Source: an uncultured Candidatus Saccharibacteria bacterium (GTDB lineage: Bacteria; Patescibacteriota; Minisyncoccia; Phycocordibacterales; PALSA-1337). From it: a stretch of DNA of 64,000 nucleotides. A program made the position numbers and the translations under genes. The notes under the pieces are model-generated. The model worked only from the letters and a program-made list of their open reading frames with translations, did not search any database and was not told where the DNA came from. Positions 22,094 to 31,390 of the stretch are shown here, in pieces (the first letter of the stretch is position 1; each line of letters begins with the position of its first letter). The stretch spans positions 4,339 through 68,338 of the forward strand of contig CAZVQB010000002.1 of assembly GCA_964629235.1 (NCBI GenBank), in the 5' to 3' direction.

Positions 22094-22367
22094 GATTTCG
22101 ACACAAACATTACATTTGTGTTGGCGCTGCAGGTGCTGGTGCAGCTGGCTTTGGTGTCTTTGCCATATTATTATCAATCACAGGTTGATTAGCTCCTGTG
22201 TGTACAAATTATACCGTCGTTTCAAGTCACTTGACCTTTCCCTCATTTAATTGACACTGAGTCAAAACATTGGGTGAAAAAGCCATATAAAATGGTACTT
22301 TTTAGGTATGGTGTAATGATTGGTGATATTTCACAATAAAATATATATTTTGTATATATTTTCAGCA

Positions 22368-23081
22368 TTACAGAGGTTGCTCTACTCCATCTGCCATCAA
22401 ATAGTATCTCTTCAAAGGTTTTAGGTTCTCATCTAGTTCATAGACTATCGGAACTGCATTCTTTATCTCAATTCCAACGATATCGTTATCACTTACATTA
22501 TCTATATGCTTCACCATTGCTCTTATACTATTGTTACTTGCAGAAATTAAAACTCTTTTACCACTCTTTATAGCTGGCACTATCTCTGAATTCCAATATG
22601 GCATTACTCTCTTGATAGTATCTTCTAGTGATTCACCTAGGGGTAATTCACTTTCTGACAGATCAGCATACATTGGATCATGTCCTGGATATCTTGGATC
22701 ATCTTTTGTTAATTGAAGTGGCTTATCACTAAAACTTCTTCTCCATTTATGTACTTGTTCTGGTGAATACTTTGCACCAATATCTGCATGCTTTTGTCCT
22801 TGCAAAGCTCCATAATGTCTTTCATTCAATCTCCAAGAATATTTTATTGGTAAATCTTTTATACCAATTTCATTTACTACAGTATTTAAAGTATCTTTTG
22901 CTCTTTTTAGAACTGAACAAAAGGCCAAATCAAAACCAAAACCTGCATTTTTTAGATTTTTACCTGCGATTTTGGCTTCCTCAACTCCCTTTTCTGTTAG
23001 ATCAACGTCTGTCCAACCACAAAACATCTTTTCAATATTATAAACTGTCTGTCCGTGTCTTATTATTACTAATTTATACAT
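22368..23081 (-). CDS. gpmA: 2,3-bisphosphoglycerate-dependent phosphoglycerate mutase
   Basis: The 237-aa ORF starts MYKLVIIRHGQTVYN and carries ERHYGALQG plus the histidine phosphatase family motifs. Confidence 0.9.
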   Translation of the reverse strand: MYKLVIIRHGQTVYNIEKMFCGWTDVDLTEKGVEEAKIAGKNLKNAGFGFDLAFCSVLKRAKDTLNTVVNEIGIKDLPIKYSWRLNERHYGALQGQKHADIGAKYSPEQVHKWRRSFSDKPLQLTKDDPRYPGHDPMYADLSESELPLGESLEDTIKRVMPYWNSEIVPAIKSGKRVLISASNNSIRAMVKHIDNVSDNDIVGIEIKNAVPIVYELDENLKPLKRYYLMADGVEQPL

Positions 23082-23109
23082 AGACCGATATTATACAGTA
23101 AACGATATT

Positions 23110-24396
23110 TTATTTAAAGTTATTTTTATCTTCAGCTTTTTTAAATAATGCTAGTACAATACTTACATATTTTACAAGGAGGATAATAGAAGTTACCCAA
23201 AATAAGCCAAAACCTATACCTGCTAGAACATCTGATAGCCAATGAACCCCTAAATACACCCTGCTGAATGCTGTAAGAATTATAGACAATACACACAATA
23301 CAACCAATATTTCTCTAATTACCATTGATTTTATCTTTGTAATAAAGAAATATATAAGTAATGTAAAGAAGATTGTTGCTGCCACCGCGTGACCGCTTGG
23401 AAAACTATATCCCTTTACGATCAAAAATGCATTTTCTGGTCTGATTCTTATAACTATATTTTTAATAATGAAAGTAAATATATAACCACCGCCTAGAGAA
23501 AATATTGAGATTAGAGAATAATAGTAATTTCTTTTATAAATCAAATACAGAATCAAAAAGAAACTAATACCTGTTATAAAAGTTGGACTAAATATATTGG
23601 TTATCACATACATCAAATCTCGAAATACTTCGCTTGAATGATTAAAAAAGAAATCATTTACAAAAATATCTAATTCGAGTAAAAAAACCTTATCAGTTAT
23701 AGCGTCTTGTAATGTTTTAAAAAATAAATATAGCCCAAATAGGTTAAAACCTAAAGTTAAGAGTTCGTATTTTGCAAAAATATGAAACTGCTTGTTAATA
23801 AACCGATACCCCCAAACAATAAAGAATCCTAGAATAATTGCGAATAAAATGTATTTTCCTAACAATGTCGATACTGTGTGGTAACTAGCACCAAATATAT
23901 ATCCCACTAATATAGACATCGTTGCCCAAATAAATACCCCAATAGAATCAAATATCCAAAACTTTTTTGTATGAGTACCACTAGCACCAACCAAAAACGG
24001 TGAGAGGGTTCTTGTAATAGGACTGAATCGACCAAGTATTATTGCTTTTGCAGTATTTTCTTTAACTAACAACAATGCTTTATCAATAAATTCCCTTTTA
24101 AGAAAAAAATATTGTCCAAATCTTGTGAGAAGTGATATTCCGTATTTTTTTCCCAAATAAAAACCTATGATATCACCAATTATTGCTCCGAGCATTACAA
24201 TTATAAAAACCTTGTATATATTTAATACTTCAATTTTTGCTAGCAAACCAGATATTATAACGATACTATGTCCAGGTATAAATTGACCAAATATAGGTAT
24301 TCCTTCAGATATAGTTGAGATTAAAATAAAGAGATAACCTCCATGCTCCACTATTGCCTGTAAGTTGTGAGAAATAAGAGAAAATATACTAGACAT
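23110..24396 (-). CDS. Fusion membrane protein: N-terminal DedA/SNARE-associated domain + C-terminal PAP2 (undecaprenyl-pyrophosphate phosphatase-like) domain
   Basis: The N-terminal ~190 aa show the DedA pattern (GxxxPGxSIVI, GRFSPITRT). The C-terminus has the PAP2 motifs KxxxxxxRP (KNIVIRIRPEN), PSGH (SFPSGHAVA) and SRxxxxxHxxxD (SRVYLGVHWLSD). Confidence 0.7.
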   Translation of the reverse strand: MSSIFSLISHNLQAIVEHGGYLFILISTISEGIPIFGQFIPGHSIVIISGLLAKIEVLNIYKVFIIVMLGAIIGDIIGFYLGKKYGISLLTRFGQYFFLKREFIDKALLLVKENTAKAIILGRFSPITRTLSPFLVGASGTHTKKFWIFDSIGVFIWATMSILVGYIFGASYHTVSTLLGKYILFAIILGFFIVWGYRFINKQFHIFAKYELLTLGFNLFGLYLFFKTLQDAITDKVFLLELDIFVNDFFFNHSSEVFRDLMYVITNIFSPTFITGISFFLILYLIYKRNYYYSLISIFSLGGGYIFTFIIKNIVIRIRPENAFLIVKGYSFPSGHAVAATIFFTLLIYFFITKIKSMVIREILVVLCVLSIILTAFSRVYLGVHWLSDVLAGIGFGLFWVTSIILLVKYVSIVLALFKKAEDKNNFK

Positions 24397-24526
24397 AGAA
24401 GATTATTTTGTAAAGATATTATACCATAAATTAGATAAATTTTTGATAAAATTTTTATATTAGATTTCCACAAATAAATTTGATTTAGAGCCATAATTAT
24501 TCAATAATCAAGCCATAAAAAATATT

Positions 24527-25195
24527 ATGAAAATCCTGATTATTGAAGATGATGTAGATATTTCCAGTTTTATAAAAGACAATCTAACTGAAAGTACTTA
24601 TTCCGTAGAAGTCGCAAAGGATGGACCTGATGGATCATTCTTAGCTAGAACAAACTTTTACGATGTCATAATTATGGATTATTCCCTACCATCAAAAGAT
24701 GGTGTTCTAGTATGTGAGGAGATACGTGCTTCTGGCGTCGAAACACCCATAATCTTTTTAACAGTTCATCAAGATATAAAGAAGAAAGTCAAAGCTTTAG
24801 AAAAAGGTGCGGATGACTATATGACCAAACCTTTTTCTATTGAAGAATTAAAAGCAAGAATAAAAGCTTTAGCGCGTAGGCCAAGAAAAATTGAAAGCCC
24901 AATTTTAATAGTAGATGATTTAATCCTAGATACACACAAAAGAACAGTAAAAAGAGGCGAAACGTCTATTTATCTAACGAGAAAAACATATGATCTATTG
25001 GAATACCTTATGAGGAATAAAGGTATTGTACTTTCAAGAGGTTCTATAATGGAATATGTATGGAATTCTGATAGTGACCCATTTTCAAATACTATAGAAG
25101 CACATATACTAAACCTGAGAAAGAAAATAAATGTGAAGGGTAAAAAGGATATACTAAAGAATATTCCAGGAAGAGGTTATATTATGGGGTCCTAA
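24527..25195 (+). CDS. OmpR-family two-component response regulator (receiver + winged-helix); no histidine kinase adjacent
   Basis: MKILIIEDD, the phospho-acceptor context VIIMDYSLP, MTKPF, and a C-terminal trans_reg_C-like wHTH (NTIEAHILNLRKKI). Confidence 0.85.
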   Translation: MKILIIEDDVDISSFIKDNLTESTYSVEVAKDGPDGSFLARTNFYDVIIMDYSLPSKDGVLVCEEIRASGVETPIIFLTVHQDIKKKVKALEKGADDYMTKPFSIEELKARIKALARRPRKIESPILIVDDLILDTHKRTVKRGETSIYLTRKTYDLLEYLMRNKGIVLSRGSIMEYVWNSDSDPFSNTIEAHILNLRKKINVKGKKDILKNIPGRGYIMGS

Positions 25196-27428
25196 ATTTA
25201 CCTTCTTGTATTTGCTTAATAGCGTCATCAACCTGAGATTTTATAAGCGGGAATCTTTCTTTTGCTTTTTTTAACAATTCAATAGCCTGATATTCTTGCT
25301 TATTTAATAGATAAGTATAAGCTAGAGATGAATACACTTCTTGATTATCTGGATCTTTTGCTAATATCTTTTTGTATATTTCGATAGCTTTATCATATTG
25401 TTTTGACAATACATAAGCGTTTATAACTCTTGGATCACTAAATACCTCGAGATCATCTCCAAAAATTTTCTTTGCTTTTGCTTCTTCACCTGCTGTTATT
25501 AGAGCTGTAACATAAGTAGTCTTGGCTATTGGATTATCTGTTGATGATTGATATGCTTTATCCAATATCTCAACCGCCTCCTTATTTTTACCAATATTTA
25601 AATAATTAACAGCAAGTTCAAATATTATACTTTGTTTATTTGGAGAAAGTTCATTTGCTTTTTCAAGTAATGGGGTGGCAGTATTGAAATCTCTAATAGC
25701 GTTATAATAACTTCCACCAATTATGTATATTCTAGCGTCTTTCGGTGTACTCTTTATTTGATTTTCGATTTCCTTTTTTGCCAAATCATAGAATGCTGCC
25801 TTTTTATCTTGTTGAATCTGTGGGTCTTGTATTACATTAGCAGAACAGTTCAACAATTGCTCAACAGCCTCTTGGTTTGCAACTGTTTGACCAAGTTTAA
25901 ATACTTTTTCAAACGGCACCACAGATACAGTTTGAGGATTTGAACAAGCAATTAGCGCTCCGATTAATCTTGTATTCGCTTGTATAGGTCGGACATTTAC
26001 AAAATACATTGATGCAACAAATAGAATCACTACAATAGGTACATACACATAATCTCTTATTGTTTCAGCATCTTCAGATATTGATTTGCTGTAATTTTCA
26101 AATATAGACAAATCCTTATTCTTTCTTAGTGAATGAACAAAAGCGAGTAATGTGAAGAACATTATATAACTTGTTTGATTGTCGAATACGAACACATTAT
26201 GTATTGCATATCCAACTAGTAGACCGATTAGTATTGACTTTTCTCCAATCGTCTTTTCACTCTTAATAATAAAAATTAGGGAGATTAAATATAGCGCAAG
26301 ATATGCAAGTAATCCTAATATTCCTCCAGCAACAAACCAGTCTAAGAAAACACTGTGTGCTCGATCAAACCACTGTTCATGCTTCCACATTTCTGGATTG
26401 TAGTGTGAATTGAATATGTAGTTAAAATTTTCTTGCCCAACTCCGATAATTGCTGTCTTTGGACTCTCAACAACCCCCTTTATTGCCATAGGCCAGATAA
26501 ATCTTCTTGCTTGGGTCTTTGTATCTGAAATTGATATTGAAGCCAATCTTCCTAGTACTTCATTCTTTTGAATCCAGTTGGCATTTCTATTGAAGTAGAA
26601 TAATACACCGACAACAATCACAAAGATAATAATTGAACCTGAAAATATTCTACTTTTATTTGATTGACCATTATTCTTTCTACCAAAAATTGTATAAATA
26701 GCACAAGAAACAATGATTGCAATTGTCCAACCTATAATAGTTCCTCGAGTTGCTGTCTGAAACATTATAAAAGAGAAAAATGCCGCAGCAATAGAGTATG
26801 AATAGAACAAATGTTTCTTTGCAAAATAACTTATTGCTAGGTATGCAGAAATAAAAGCATTGAACAACATATAAACAGCCATATATGCAGAGTTACCTAG
26901 TGATGCATCAACTCTTCCTCCTTGGTGTGTTTCTGCCCAACCAAAAAATTGTGTTAAACCATAAAGTGCTGTTATCAAACCTGAAATAATTACAACATTG
27001 AAAAATTTGTGCCAACTTTCTTTTGTTTTTAAGACCGAAGACAAAACCATGAAATAACCCCAAAGGTGGACTATCATGAGCCAACCTTCCATTCTCTCAA
27101 AGTTTGACCAGATACTTCTCAGTGGATTTAATCCAGCGAGATCAGCAATCAAAGCAATGAAAGCAAATATACCTATAGAAACAGAGATCGCATTACACTT
27201 TGGAAGAACACTTTTATCTGTTCCAACAATACTTGTACCTTTTTCTCTGAAGATAAGGATTAGCCACAGAGCAAAAACAATTTCAACAATTATTCTAAAA
27301 GCAAACCCTTTACCTGTTATAAATGGAAAAAATAAAGAATTAACAACGTAAGTTGGAATAAATGGAATTACTGCTAAACCGATAATAATTGCGTATTTAA
27401 TTAAAGTATTTATTGTTGAATTGTTCAT
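25182..27428 (-). CDS. O-antigen ligase-like (Wzy_C) polytopic membrane protein with C-terminal TPR repeats
   Basis: The 748-aa ORF has about 12 TM helices and a clear Wzy_C signature, FDRAHSVFLDWFVAGGILGLLAY (H-N/S-x-x-L...GIIG). The C-terminal ~280 aa are TPR-like repeats. Confidence 0.7.
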   Translation of the reverse strand: MNNSTINTLIKYAIIIGLAVIPFIPTYVVNSLFFPFITGKGFAFRIIVEIVFALWLILIFREKGTSIVGTDKSVLPKCNAISVSIGIFAFIALIADLAGLNPLRSIWSNFERMEGWLMIVHLWGYFMVLSSVLKTKESWHKFFNVVIISGLITALYGLTQFFGWAETHQGGRVDASLGNSAYMAVYMLFNAFISAYLAISYFAKKHLFYSYSIAAAFFSFIMFQTATRGTIIGWTIAIIVSCAIYTIFGRKNNGQSNKSRIFSGSIIIFVIVVGVLFYFNRNANWIQKNEVLGRLASISISDTKTQARRFIWPMAIKGVVESPKTAIIGVGQENFNYIFNSHYNPEMWKHEQWFDRAHSVFLDWFVAGGILGLLAYLALYLISLIFIIKSEKTIGEKSILIGLLVGYAIHNVFVFDNQTSYIMFFTLLAFVHSLRKNKDLSIFENYSKSISEDAETIRDYVYVPIVVILFVASMYFVNVRPIQANTRLIGALIACSNPQTVSVVPFEKVFKLGQTVANQEAVEQLLNCSANVIQDPQIQQDKKAAFYDLAKKEIENQIKSTPKDARIYIIGGSYYNAIRDFNTATPLLEKANELSPNKQSIIFELAVNYLNIGKNKEAVEILDKAYQSSTDNPIAKTTYVTALITAGEEAKAKKIFGDDLEVFSDPRVINAYVLSKQYDKAIEIYKKILAKDPDNQEVYSSLAYTYLLNKQEYQAIELLKKAKERFPLIKSQVDDAIKQIQEGKFRTP

Positions 27429-27463
27429 AATATGGAGATGATATCATATTATGAATATGTTAT

Positions 27464-28411
27464 CTATTGAAATTTCTTTAATTTATTGGCTATAAATATA
27501 TCAGTATCTCTTCTAGATTCATAAGTCATACCTCCAGTATGTGGAGCTATAATTACATTTGGATTTTTTCTTGCAAACTTTACTAGTGGATGATTCTTGC
27601 AACTATTTTTTGTAAATAAAATCTCACCATCAAGAACGTCAGCTGCATATCCAGCAATCTTTTTCTGTTTTATTACAGTCATCAAATCACCTTCATGAAC
27701 GATCTTACCTCTTGAAGTATTTATTAAATAAGCATTTTTTTTCATAAGACTCATAGTCTTTTTATTGAAAAGGAATTCTGTTTCTGGATTCAAATGTATG
27801 TGTATAGAAATAAAATCACTTTTCTTTAAAAGATCGTTAAAACCAACCTTTTTCCAATTTAGATTTGATGATTCGACTTTTGGATCAGTAAATATAACTT
27901 TCATACCCAAGGCTTCGCCGTATATAGCCATCCACCTTCCGAGTCTTCCAAGACCAACTATTCCTAAAGTTTGACCGTTCAATGAGTGTCCTTTGAACTT
28001 TTCTCTATTCCATTCCCCTTTTAAAACAGACTGGACTGAACTTGGAATATGCCTTGAAGAAGATATGAGTAATCCCAAAGCTAGTTCAGCGGTACCAGTA
28101 ATAGTATTTAAGAAATCATCTTCACCTTTTAGACTAAGAACTTTTACACCTTTTTCTTCAGCGTATTTTATATCAATATGATCCAATCCTGTAGTTGCTG
28201 TAACAAGAAATTTAAGATTTTTTGCTTTTGACAAAACTTCTTTATTAAAATTTAGTCCCAAACCACAGACCACTACATCGTATTTTTCTATTTTTTTTGA
28301 TAGTTCTTGATTTGTAGGTATAACATAATCAACCTTACCTAAAGTATTTAAGATTTTCTTTGCCTCCGGATCAAAATCCTTTCCGATTGTATTTAGTATT
28401 CTGTATGCCAT
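27464..28411 (-). CDS. D-isomer-specific 2-hydroxyacid dehydrogenase family, NAD-binding
   Basis: The 315-aa ORF has a GxGxxG Rossmann motif (GIVGLGRLGRWMA) and the catalytic-type motifs NTSRG and HTGG. Confidence 0.8.
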   Translation of the reverse strand: MAYRILNTIGKDFDPEAKKILNTLGKVDYVIPTNQELSKKIEKYDVVVCGLGLNFNKEVLSKAKNLKFLVTATTGLDHIDIKYAEEKGVKVLSLKGEDDFLNTITGTAELALGLLISSSRHIPSSVQSVLKGEWNREKFKGHSLNGQTLGIVGLGRLGRWMAIYGEALGMKVIFTDPKVESSNLNWKKVGFNDLLKKSDFISIHIHLNPETEFLFNKKTMSLMKKNAYLINTSRGKIVHEGDLMTVIKQKKIAGYAADVLDGEILFTKNSCKNHPLVKFARKNPNVIIAPHTGGMTYESRRDTDIFIANKLKKFQ

Positions 28412-28425
28412 GTTATGTAATTTAA

Positions 28426-30306
28426 CTAAAACTTAAATCCTTTTTTCTTTAATTCCTTCAGCATATATTCTGCTATAATCCAATCGAGTGGATAATCAAT
28501 ATCTACCGATCTATCCTTAGGTACAATATATCCTGCGACCTTATCTCCATAAAGCTTATTTTCTTTCATAATTAAATCCCTTCTCATAGAGTATATTGCT
28601 GCACTTCTCTTATACGCTACAGGCAGATCTTGTCTTCTTGTACCCTCTACTTCTGGAACTGAATATGCACTAATGAAATCTCCTTCGAGTTTTTTAATTT
28701 TAATTGGATTCACATTACTTGGAACTTCAACTATTGATACAGCACTATCTGCTTTTGTATCTATAAGTTTTTGAATTGTTCCATCGATATCATCTATAGT
28801 TCTAAATGGTGAAGTTGGTTGAAGTATAACTACATAATCGATAGTAATATTATTTTTCTTTTCATAAAAATCAATTGCATGTTGCATTACCGGAAGATGT
28901 GGAGTTCCATCTTGAGCCAATTCTTTTGGTCTCATAAAAGGTACATCTGCTCCGTACTTCTTACATACATCAGCAATTTCTTTGTCATCTGTTGAAACAA
29001 TAAGATGATTTATCAATTTGCTCTTCTTTGCAGCATCGATTGTATAAGCAATAAGAGGTTTATTGCCAAGTTTCTTTATATTCTTACCCGGAATGCCTTT
29101 TGATCCTCCGCGAGCGGTTATAACACCAAGGACATTTGGAGTTCTATATTCCCTATCAACATGTTCTTCTGTAAGTGGTTCGAATTTCTTAATATCTTTT
29201 ATTATTTTTTTATCCAAAATATCATGAAAAAAATTTGAAAAAATTCCATTTAGATGAAGTCTTGGTCTCATAGCATAGACCATATCACTGGTGATTATAG
29301 TTCCAGCTTTAATATCTCTTGATGCAACAAGTGTTTTATTGAAATAAGGTCTAAACTTATTTTGTGCACCTTCCAATTCTTTTTCCTTTTGACCATAGAA
29401 AATATTTGTATCTATTTTCTTATATTCATTTTTCTTAATACCAGAGACTAGTTGTTTCATTTCTTCTGGAGTAACTGAAGCTTTATGATCTGAACCCCAA
29501 AGACCTCGATCTAGAGAAAAATGTTTTTCTATAACCTGTGCACCCATTTTTACTGCAGCTAAAGGAATAGTATTGTCTCCAACTGAATGATCAGAAAAAC
29601 CAATGATTGCATGAGGATATTTTTCTTTAAAATATTCTATAGTAGAAAGATTAAATGCTTCTGGAGGACATGGATATTCACTAACGCAATATAGAATAAT
29701 AATTGGTGACCCACGCTTTGTAATATAGTTGACAACGTCATCCAATTCCTTGTGACTAACCATTCCTGTTGAAATGATTATTGGTTTTTGCGTTTTCGTT
29801 AAAAAATCCAAAAGAACATGATCCTGAACATCTCCAGAACCTACTTTCCAAAAAGGTACATCTAGATTTTCAAGTTTAACCGCTGCCATTCTAGACATCG
29901 GAGTTGAGAAGAATATAATTCCTTTTTTTTCTGAATATCTTTTTATTTCTTTGAAAAATTCTATAGGTGCTTCTTCTGTATTTCTTTTAACCCAAGAATA
30001 TCTATCACTACCTTTAAAGTGCGGAGAAACGACATTTATATTTGCTTGTTCATCTTCAACCTCATGAGTTTGAAACTTCACAGCATGTGCACCTGCTTTT
30101 ACTGCTTCATCAATAAGCTTTTTTGCATTCTTAATATAGACTTTTAGAGGTTGAGATTCTTGTGTTTGTATAAAATTCTTACCGATTTCAGCAATAACAA
30201 AAACTTTATCCTTTGATATGATTTTAGAGATAGCGTGAGGCTTCACTATTTTTGAATTTTTATTCTTGCCGGCTTTATAGGATTTAACAGGCTTTTTTAT
30301 TTTCAT
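28426..30306 (-). CDS. Bifunctional nonulosonic (sialic-acid-like) acid synthase NeuB domain fused to CMP-nonulosonate cytidylyltransferase NeuA domain
   Basis: The N-terminal ~360 aa match NeuB (VIAEIGKNF, TIM barrel, C-terminal SAF-like segment). The C-terminal ~230 aa match acylneuraminate cytidylyltransferase (VLGVITARGGSKGIPGKNIKKLGNKPLIAYTIDAA). Confidence 0.8.
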   Translation of the reverse strand: MKIKKPVKSYKAGKNKNSKIVKPHAISKIISKDKVFVIAEIGKNFIQTQESQPLKVYIKNAKKLIDEAVKAGAHAVKFQTHEVEDEQANINVVSPHFKGSDRYSWVKRNTEEAPIEFFKEIKRYSEKKGIIFFSTPMSRMAAVKLENLDVPFWKVGSGDVQDHVLLDFLTKTQKPIIISTGMVSHKELDDVVNYITKRGSPIIILYCVSEYPCPPEAFNLSTIEYFKEKYPHAIIGFSDHSVGDNTIPLAAVKMGAQVIEKHFSLDRGLWGSDHKASVTPEEMKQLVSGIKKNEYKKIDTNIFYGQKEKELEGAQNKFRPYFNKTLVASRDIKAGTIITSDMVYAMRPRLHLNGIFSNFFHDILDKKIIKDIKKFEPLTEEHVDREYRTPNVLGVITARGGSKGIPGKNIKKLGNKPLIAYTIDAAKKSKLINHLIVSTDDKEIADVCKKYGADVPFMRPKELAQDGTPHLPVMQHAIDFYEKKNNITIDYVVILQPTSPFRTIDDIDGTIQKLIDTKADSAVSIVEVPSNVNPIKIKKLEGDFISAYSVPEVEGTRRQDLPVAYKRSAAIYSMRRDLIMKENKLYGDKVAGYIVPKDRSVDIDYPLDWIIAEYMLKELKKKGFKF

Positions 30307-30457
30307 ATGTTATATCCTATGTTATTTGGTGATTTTATTCAATATTAAATAGCTAATATTGACAAATATATATATTAATGATAAGGTTTTAAAAAATTTT
30401 GTTCTTTTATATATGATTAAAGAAAATTGGAGGAAGTGGGCTGTACTCGAAGGTCTG

Positions 30458-31348
30458 ATGAAGACAGCTTCAAGTTCATTTCAAAAGATTGCTGGTAGTG
30501 CATCGAGTAACTTTGCTGGCACATTACTTGTGGCTGGTATAATTGGTTTGACTCAAGTGATCTTTGCGTTAACGTATCTCTTGATAAAGAAAGAGGGATT
30601 ACTTATTGATAGAAAGGGAATCTTCGGTTCCATGCTATTCGGACTTGTTGCCTTTAGTAGTACAGTATTCGGTATCATAACCTTTCTTAAGGGTGGTGAT
30701 GTCTCGGTAAACACATTCATCATAACCCTATCAATTGTACCAGGGATGATCATTGATATCGTGTTTTTTAAATACAAACCACGTAATCAAGAGTGGCTTG
30801 GAATGATCATTGCAATTATTGCAGGTTGGGCGGTCTTAAACTTCCCAACAACAAACATCAAATCATTACCAACATGGGTTTGTTTCTCATTTGGTAATAT
30901 GTTGTGCTTATCAATCAACCAAGGTATATCTCAAAAGATAAAGAACATATCACCTATGTTCAAAAATTTTTGGGGTGGTATGGTTGCACTTATACTGGCG
31001 ACTACTGTCATAATATTGATCGGTAGAAGTTCTTTGTTTTTGAGTTTTACAGACAATAAGATTTTATGGTTCACATCTGCATTGATTGGACTTATAGTCA
31101 TTGCAATGTGGTCATTCAACTTATTGAGCTATAGGGACGGAGCGAGTATTGCACTAAAGAAGTTAGTCATGAGTAGTACATACTTATTAGGTGCCATGCT
31201 ACTTGGTTATATTATCTTTCAAGAGAAGATAACCATTGGCAAACTAGTTGCTATTCCTCTCTTTGCCATTGCCTATGTGCTTATGGATAGGAAAGCCTAC
31301 GATTTTATTTTCACTTCAACAACAAAAAGTGAGGTGCACCAAATATAA
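30458..31348 (+). CDS. DMT-superfamily (EamA-like, duplicated 4-5 TM halves) transporter; start uncertain (TTG 30359 / ATG 30413 / ATG 30458)
   Basis: Ten predicted TM helices in two repeat units. GC is about 40%, clearly above the flanking neu genes. It is bounded by a terminator. Confidence 0.45.
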   Translation: MKTASSSFQKIAGSASSNFAGTLLVAGIIGLTQVIFALTYLLIKKEGLLIDRKGIFGSMLFGLVAFSSTVFGIITFLKGGDVSVNTFIITLSIVPGMIIDIVFFKYKPRNQEWLGMIIAIIAGWAVLNFPTTNIKSLPTWVCFSFGNMLCLSINQGISQKIKNISPMFKNFWGGMVALILATTVIILIGRSSLFLSFTDNKILWFTSALIGLIVIAMWSFNLLSYRDGASIALKKLVMSSTYLLGAMLLGYIIFQEKITIGKLVAIPLFAIAYVLMDRKAYDFIFTSTTKSEVHQI

Positions 31349-31360
31349 AACTATTTTTCG

Positions 31361-31390
31361 AATCCTCATGGAAACATGAGGATTTTTTAT
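31361..31390 (+). terminator. Rho-independent terminator of the DMT transporter gene, overlapping the neuC stop codon
   Basis: AATCCTCATG-GAAA-CATGAGGATT followed by TTTTTAT. Confidence 0.6.

Noticed and set aside
22180-22270. GC-richer intergenic stretch considered as a tRNA or other structured RNA
   Set aside because: There is no T-loop (GTTCGA/TTCRANYC) or cloverleaf-compatible pairing. It is better explained by the promoter or leader of the micro-ORF.
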